Part shown: positions 6,419 through 10,698 of the stretch, piece by piece
How the letters are laid out: every line of letters begins with the position of its first letter
Position numbering within the stretch: position 1 is the stretch's first letter
Assembly: GCA_023480925.1 (NCBI GenBank)
Contig: JAMCWY010000006.1
Location: forward strand, 1 to 10,698
Source: Patescibacteria group bacterium
GTDB taxonomy: Bacteria; Patescibacteriota; Minisyncoccia; UBA6257; HR35
DNA: 10,698 nt
Reading direction: 5' to 3'
The notes under the pieces: model-generated
Told to the model about the DNA's origin: nothing
What the model saw: the letters and a program-made list of their open reading frames with translations, nothing else
Databases searched by the model: none
Position numbers and translations under genes: made by a program

Positions 6419-6490
6419 GCCGAAGTAGTTCAGTGGCAGAACGCTTCCTTGGTAAGGAAGAGGTCGAGAGTCCGATTCTCTCCTTCGGCT
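6419..6490 (+). tRNA. tRNA-Thr(GGU), with no encoded CCA.
   Basis: The cloverleaf is perfect. Acceptor GCCGAAG/CTTCGGC; D stem GTTC/GAAC; anticodon stem CTTCC/GGAAG with loop TTGGTAA; T stem GAGAG/CTCTC. G1-C72 and C2-G71 are present. The 3' flank is T-CAAG-ATG. Confidence 0.9.
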
Positions 6491-6494
6491 CAAG

Positions 6495-7046
6495 ATGAAT
6501 CGAATTAAAAATCAGCAATCCGAATTGGTTGAAAAAAATAATTTTGAGCCGGAATTGAACGAGATAAGCAAACTTTTGAATAATTTTAAAACCGCGGCCG
6601 ACGAGGTCTTGCCGGTTAAACGACTAATCGAGGAAATAAAAAGTTTTATTCTTTTTGACCAACGTTTTCATTATCGCGTTTTAATCGGAACCGATTCGGA
6701 AAATCAAGATCAAGACGTTGATTTTGTCAGCGCTATCGTCGTTCATCGAGTTGGCCAGGGCGCGCGTTATTTTTGGCGACGGCAGGTTATTGCCAAAAGA
6801 CTCGAACTTCATCACCGGCTTTGGCAGGAAGCCTTAATCAGTTTGGAGATCAGTAAGGCTTTGATCAAAATTCTGACTTTGGAAAAACTCAATTTTTCTT
6901 TTGAGCTTCATCTTGATTTGGGTTATAACGGCAAGAGCGAAAGCGTGATCAAAGAGTTAATCGCTTTGGTCCGTGGTTATGGTTTCGACGTTAAAGTTAA
7001 ACCAAGTTCTTGCGCCGCAAGCACGATCGCCGACCGCTTAGTTTAA
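6495..7046 (+). CDS. YkuK/DUF458-like protein with a predicted RNase-H-like fold and unknown function.
   Basis: 183 aa. The blocks LIGTDSE, FVSAIVVHRVGQGARYFW, ELHLDLG and KVKPSSCAASTIADR match my memory of the YkuK (DUF458) family signature. This has not been verified by any search. Confidence 0.65.
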   Translation: MNRIKNQQSELVEKNNFEPELNEISKLLNNFKTAADEVLPVKRLIEEIKSFILFDQRFHYRVLIGTDSENQDQDVDFVSAIVVHRVGQGARYFWRRQVIAKRLELHHRLWQEALISLEISKALIKILTLEKLNFSFELHLDLGYNGKSESVIKELIALVRGYGFDVKVKPSSCAASTIADRLV

Positions 7047-7062
7047 TTTTAGGTCTTAAAAA

Positions 7063-8178
7063 ATGGACAAATTTGAGTTAATCAGCCGAAATTTAGAGGA
7101 GATTTTAACCGAGGACGACTTAAGACAAGTTTTAGTCAAAAAAGAGAGGCTTGAACATTATATCGGTTTTGAAATTTCCGGTTCAATCCATCTTGGCACC
7201 GGTCTTGTCACTGCTTTGAAAATTCGCGATCTCCAAAATGCCGGAGTCGCTTGCAGAATTTTTTTGGCGGATTGGCACACTTGGATCAATGATAAACTTG
7301 GCGGAAATTTTGACGCGATTAAAACGATTGGTGTTGATTATTTCAAGGAGGGTTTCAAGGCTTCGCTTGAAGCAGTTGGCGCCGATTTTAGCAAGGTTGA
7401 ATTTATTTTAGGTTCGGATCTTTATGACGGCGCCAATGATTATTGGTTAACAGTTATCGAGGTGGCTAAAAACACGACCTTGGCCCGAGCGCGCCGGAGC
7501 GTTGATATTCTTGGCCGTCAAGCGGGCGAGGAGATTGATTTTGCCAAATTGATTTATCCAATGATGCAGGTCGCGGATATTTTTTATCTCGGCGTCAATT
7601 TAGTTCAGGCCGGTCTGGATCAACGCAAAGCTCATGTCATTGCCCGTGATGTCGCTTTGGCCTTAAAATTCAAACCGCTTCGATCGGCGAATCAAGCAAA
7701 GACTAAACCGATCGCCTTGCATCAGCACTTGATTTTGGGTTTACAAAAACCAAGTCTTTGGCCGGTGCCGCCCGAGAAGTTAAGGGAGGCGCGGACTGAG
7801 TTTAAAATGTCGAAATCAAAGCCAGATTCAGCTATTTTTATTCATGATTCGAACAAACTGATTGAGGCGAAAATTTTAAAAGCTTTTTGTCCGCCGACGG
7901 AAACTTTTTACAACCCGATTATCGATTGGGTCGAGTTTTTAATTTTGTCTCGTTTTGGTTCGATTGAAATTAAAAACCAGGTCGGCAAAAAAAAATACCG
8001 AATCGATCAGATCAACGAACTTAAAAAAGATTACAACCAAGGTCGGATTCACCCGCTTGATTTAAAAGAAGCGGTTATTTTTTCTCTTGAAAAAATGCTT
8101 GAGCCGATTCAAATTTATTTCAATCAAGCCGCGCCGAAAAAAATCTTGGCCGATTTCGAACAGTTTAAAACAAAATAG
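7063..8178 (+). CDS. tyrS: Tyrosine--tRNA ligase, archaeal/eukaryal type (long archaeal form, 371 aa).
   Basis: The class I motifs are the HIGH-like SIHLG and KMSKS at 7804-7818. There is strong collinear similarity to archaeal TyrRS as I remember it for M. jannaschii: MDxFExIxRNxxEIxxExxLxxVL, YIGFExSG, AKxTTLxRARRS, IYPxMQVxDIxYLGV and DQRKxH. The bacterial C-terminal S4-like domain is absent. Confidence 0.88.
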   Translation: MDKFELISRNLEEILTEDDLRQVLVKKERLEHYIGFEISGSIHLGTGLVTALKIRDLQNAGVACRIFLADWHTWINDKLGGNFDAIKTIGVDYFKEGFKASLEAVGADFSKVEFILGSDLYDGANDYWLTVIEVAKNTTLARARRSVDILGRQAGEEIDFAKLIYPMMQVADIFYLGVNLVQAGLDQRKAHVIARDVALALKFKPLRSANQAKTKPIALHQHLILGLQKPSLWPVPPEKLREARTEFKMSKSKPDSAIFIHDSNKLIEAKILKAFCPPTETFYNPIIDWVEFLILSRFGSIEIKNQVGKKKYRIDQINELKKDYNQGRIHPLDLKEAVIFSLEKMLEPIQIYFNQAAPKKILADFEQFKTK

Positions 8179-8243
8179 AAAAATAAAAATTTTTTCCGGC
8201 GGTTTTTAAATTAGTTTAATCCGACCGCGTTTGCTTTTTAAAT

Positions 8244-9416
8244 ATGTTTAGTTTCCGTCTTTTAAAAAAATCAAAAAGAAACAAAGCCCGCCTCGGTCTT
8301 CTGAAAACGCCTCACGGGCTAATCCGGACGCCGGCGTTCGTGCCGGTCGCGACCAAAGGAGCCTTACGTGGAATTGATTTTGAGAAAACAAAAAATCTTG
8401 GTGCCGAGGTTTTTATGATTAACACTTTTCATTTTTATCTCGGTCATTCTTATCGCTTGGTTAAAAAATTCGGCGGTCTCCATCGATTTCTTGGTTTGAA
8501 TCAGCCATTGATGACCGATAGCGGCGGTTTTCAAGTTTTTAGTCTTGGTTTTGGTTTGGCCGAAGGGGTGGGGAAGATTCTTGATCAAGACCGGCCGGTC
8601 CAAACTCAAGGCAAGAATTTAGTCAAGATTACCGACCGGGGCGTTTTTTTTGAATCGCCGTTCGACCGGGAAAAACTATACCTTGATCCGGAAAGATCGA
8701 TTCGGATTCAAAAAGATCTCGGCGCCGATTTAATTTTTGCTTTCGACGAATTTAGTTCGCCGACCGCTTCTTACCAATACACGCGCGAGGCGATGATTCG
8801 AACTCATCGTTGGGCCGAGACATCGTTAAAAACTTTCGGAAAAAATAAAACCGACCAGCGACTTTTTGGCATTGTTCAAGGCGGTGAATTTAAGGACTTG
8901 CGTCAAGGGTCGAGTCAGTTTATCGGCGCCTTGCCGTTTTTCGGTTTCGGCATCGGCGGTTCGCTTGGCAACACCAAAACGAAGATGAACGAGGTTCTTG
9001 ATTGGGTTGTACCTTTTTTGCCCGAATCGAAACCGCGCCATCTCCTTGGCATCGGCGAGGTCGAGGATATTTTCAACGCGGTTAAGCGCGGTGTCGATCT
9101 TTTCGATTGCGTTACACCAACGCGTTTGGCTCGTCACGGCGCCGCCCTGACACGCCAGGGTCGATTGAATCTGAAATCAGGGAAACATCGTCAACAAAAA
9201 GAACCGCTCGAAAAAACTTGTTCGTGTTGGGTTTGCCGAAATCTTTCCCGGGCCTACTTGTCTTACTTGGTTAAGAACAAAGAAATATTGGGAATTTATT
9301 ATCTTGCTTGGCATAATCTTTATTTTATTTTTAATTTGATTGAGTTAATTCGAACGGCGATTAAGACTGATCGCTTGGCTGAGTTGGAAAGGCGGTTTGT
9401 CCAAAAGCTTGATTAG
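8244..9416 (+). CDS. tgt: tRNA-guanine transglycosylase (queuine/preQ1 tRNA-ribosyltransferase).
   Basis: Motifs: TPAFVPVAT, MTDSGGFQVFSLG, AFDEF, FGIVQGG, LGIGEVEDI...GVDLFDCVTPTR. The Zn site is CSCWVC...H (about 9219-9314). Confidence 0.9.
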   Translation: MFSFRLLKKSKRNKARLGLLKTPHGLIRTPAFVPVATKGALRGIDFEKTKNLGAEVFMINTFHFYLGHSYRLVKKFGGLHRFLGLNQPLMTDSGGFQVFSLGFGLAEGVGKILDQDRPVQTQGKNLVKITDRGVFFESPFDREKLYLDPERSIRIQKDLGADLIFAFDEFSSPTASYQYTREAMIRTHRWAETSLKTFGKNKTDQRLFGIVQGGEFKDLRQGSSQFIGALPFFGFGIGGSLGNTKTKMNEVLDWVVPFLPESKPRHLLGIGEVEDIFNAVKRGVDLFDCVTPTRLARHGAALTRQGRLNLKSGKHRQQKEPLEKTCSCWVCRNLSRAYLSYLVKNKEILGIYYLAWHNLYFIFNLIELIRTAIKTDRLAELERRFVQKLD

Positions 9417-9499
9417 CTAATTCTTGCTTGAAAAAACAAAATCGAAGGTCGAGCGATTAAAAACATCATTGGCGCTTATGTTTCGATCGGAAAGTTTAG

Positions 9500-9529
9500 T
9501 TGACTCTTGAGGGTAAGTTATGTTATAAT
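9500..9529 (+). promoter_or_regulatory. Strong sigma-70-like promoter for rplJ-rplL: TTGACT-N18-TATAAT with an extended -10 TG.
   Basis: TTGACT at 9500-9505 and TGTTATAAT at 9521-9529, which matches TGnTATAAT exactly. Confidence 0.6.
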
Positions 9530-9535
9530 AGATTT

Positions 9536-9629
9536 TTAAAAACCAATGATGGCCTGGTCATAACCAGGGACGAGCCGACTGATTAATCGGCTGGTCGAGG
9601 CGAAAACAAGTCCTTCCGAGGTTGAAATA
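9536..9629 (+). promoter_or_regulatory. Structured 5' leader of rplJ, a candidate L10(L12)n autoregulatory leader.
   Basis: Two clean hairpins. The first is CCTGGT-CATA-ACCAGG (9553-9568). The second is AGCCGA-CTGATTAA-TCGGCT (9573-9592). The SD GAGGT (9618-9622) lies 7 nt before ATG 9630. Assignment to the L10-leader class rests on position and analogy only. Confidence 0.4.
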
Positions 9630-10121
9630 ATGAGAAAAAAAGTTGATAAAAATCAGGTGATCAAAGAGATTAGCGATATTTTCGCCAAAACTAAGGGTGC
9701 TCTTTTTTTGAATTTAAGCAACTTATCTAACTCGGTTCAGTTTACGATCAAAGAAAAAATCAAAGCGAATCTTGGTTCGGTCAAAGTTTTTAAGCGAACT
9801 TTGTTGAAACGAGCTCAACCAAACTTAGATGTTGATTTTAAAAAACCATTCGCTTTGATTTTTGATTATTCCGACGATTTAAAGGCGATTCGGTCGTTGA
9901 GCGGGTCGGAGACTAAGCTTGATTTTCTCGCCGGCTGGTTGAATGGCCAACGCCTTAACCCGGTCGAGGCGAATAACTTGGTTAATCTGCCCGGCCGGGA
10001 AGAATTATTTGGCCGGTTTGTTTACGATCTTCAATCGCCTTTGCGGCGATTGGTCAACTTGAAGAATAATATCGGTTTAAAGCTGGTTAAAACTTTAGCT
10101 GAGGTCGGGAAGAAAAAATGA
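9630..10121 (+). CDS. rplJ: 50S ribosomal protein L10.
   Basis: 163 aa. The N-terminal K-rich segment and the KVFKRTLLKRA block (compare V.KNTL...A) are typical of L10. It lies immediately upstream of rplL. A good SD is present. Confidence 0.85.
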   Translation: MRKKVDKNQVIKEISDIFAKTKGALFLNLSNLSNSVQFTIKEKIKANLGSVKVFKRTLLKRAQPNLDVDFKKPFALIFDYSDDLKAIRSLSGSETKLDFLAGWLNGQRLNPVEANNLVNLPGREELFGRFVYDLQSPLRRLVNLKNNIGLKLVKTLAEVGKKK

Positions 10122-10227
10122 CTCATCAAAAAATACTTAATTATCAAAATTAAAAAGTCAATAACGATAAAACTTAATCAAAGGTTGGTTTGGCTTGAAA
10201 ATTAAGCTGTTCTAACCATAAAAATAA

Positions 10228-10608
10228 ATGGCAGAAAAAGTTCAAAAGTTAGTCGAAGCAATCGAAGGTTTGACCTTAACCGAAGTAAATGACTTGGTCA
10301 AACTCTTGGAAGAAAAGTTTGGCGTGAGTGCTTCTTTCGCGCCGACAATGATGCCTGGCGTCGCTTCAGCCGGCCAAGAAAAAGAGGAGGGTCCGAGCAA
10401 GGTTAATGTCGTTTTAACCGAGACGGGCGCGACTAAAATTCAGGTTATCAAGGTTTTGCGTGAAATTAATCCGGAGTTGGGCTTGAAAGAAGCTAAAGAT
10501 ATTGTTGATACGCCGCCTCAGGTGATTAAAGAGGGAATTAAGAAAGAAGAAGCGGATAAGATCAAAGAAAAGCTCGAAGCCGCCGGGGCCAAGGTTGAGT
10601 ATAAATAA
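10228..10608 (+). CDS. rplL: 50S ribosomal protein L7/L12.
   Basis: The N-terminal dimerisation helix is VQKLVEAIEGLTLTEVNDLVKLLEEKFGVSA. An Ala/Pro/Gly hinge follows. The C-terminal domain reads KIQVIKVLREI..LGLKEAKDIVD..P..IKEGI.KEEA..IKEKLEAAGAKVE. Confidence 0.95.
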   Translation: MAEKVQKLVEAIEGLTLTEVNDLVKLLEEKFGVSASFAPTMMPGVASAGQEKEEGPSKVNVVLTETGATKIQVIKVLREINPELGLKEAKDIVDTPPQVIKEGIKKEEADKIKEKLEAAGAKVEYK

Positions 10609-10661
10609 ATTTTTTTTGATGCGCTTAAATTTTGCGGTAAGATTGAATTGATGGTTTGTTT

Positions 10662-10698
10662 GGTCGTGTAGCTCAGGCGGTTAGAGCGTTCGGTTCAC
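10662..10698 (+). tRNA. 5' part of a tRNA, probably tRNA-Val(CAC), truncated by the window end.
   Basis: GGTCGTG (acceptor 5' strand), TA, GCTC-AGGCGGTTA-GAGC (D arm), G, TTCGG (anticodon stem 5' strand), then TT-CAC at the window edge. Only half of the cloverleaf is visible. Confidence 0.6.

Noticed and set aside
5989-6490. tRNA genes as integration sites for a mobile element or genomic island.
   Set aside because: I found no integrase or recombinase, no direct repeat of either tRNA 3' end downstream, and the flanking genes are core housekeeping genes.
6250-6498. 82-aa plus-strand ORF whose TGA overlaps the YkuK-like ATG (ATGA), suggesting translational coupling.
   Set aside because: Its last 25 codons are the complete, perfectly folding tRNA-Thr. 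The start is a TTG, and the peptide is basic and low-complexity. The ATGA overlap is most likely coincidental.
3262-10121. An alternative genetic code with UGA recoding, as in some candidate phyla.
   Set aside because: The TGA codons at 3262-3264 (carboxypeptidase) and 10119-10121 (L10) terminate proteins at their expected lengths. No conserved gene appears to be split by an in-frame TGA.
10609-10661. An intrinsic terminator after rplL, suggested by the T8 run at 10611-10618.
   Set aside because: There is no convincing GC-rich hairpin immediately upstream of the T run. The tRNA that follows may simply be co-transcribed.

Overview
The window looks like a compact, gene-dense stretch of a bacterial chromosome, AT-rich by eye. 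Standard genetic code fits: the TGA stops at 3262 and 10119 fall at the expected protein ends. Reading left to right there are three blocks. (1) Two tandem paralogous genes for small membrane-anchored repeat (GNVGIGTTxP-type) surface proteins; the first is cut by the window edge. (2) A minus-strand peptidoglycan block: murA, mraY and an S11 DD-carboxypeptidase. (3) A translation-themed region: a stand-alone shortened 5S rRNA, a minus-strand NRAMP-like transporter, tRNA-Leu(UAA), tRNA-Thr(GGU), a YkuK/DUF458-like RNase-H-fold ORF, an archaeal-type TyrRS, Tgt, an rplJ-rplL unit with its own consensus promoter and leader, and the 5' half of a tRNA-Val(CAC). The archaeal-type TyrRS in a bacterial context, the unlinked short 5S and the sparse Shine-Dalgarno usage are compatible with a reduced-genome, CPR/Patescibacteria-like bacterium, but that is inference only. 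I see no CRISPR array, transposase, integrase, reverse transcriptase, restriction or toxin-antitoxin module, and no coherent multi-gene defence-like system. Three loci deserve a second look. First, the tandem surface-protein paralogs share 127 nt of perfect identity that stops abruptly at the start of a Cys-Cys bounded C-terminal loop. Second, the tRNA-Thr/YkuK-like/TyrRS/Tgt unit has a CDS starting 4 nt after a CCA-less tRNA. Third, the roughly 300 nt non-coding region upstream of the orphan 5S carries a consensus promoter and a G9 tract. Several housekeeping enzymes (MurA, TyrRS, Tgt, the NRAMP-like protein) carry non-canonical active-site or pocket residues. All homology calls come from motif recognition by eye and memory, not from database searches.
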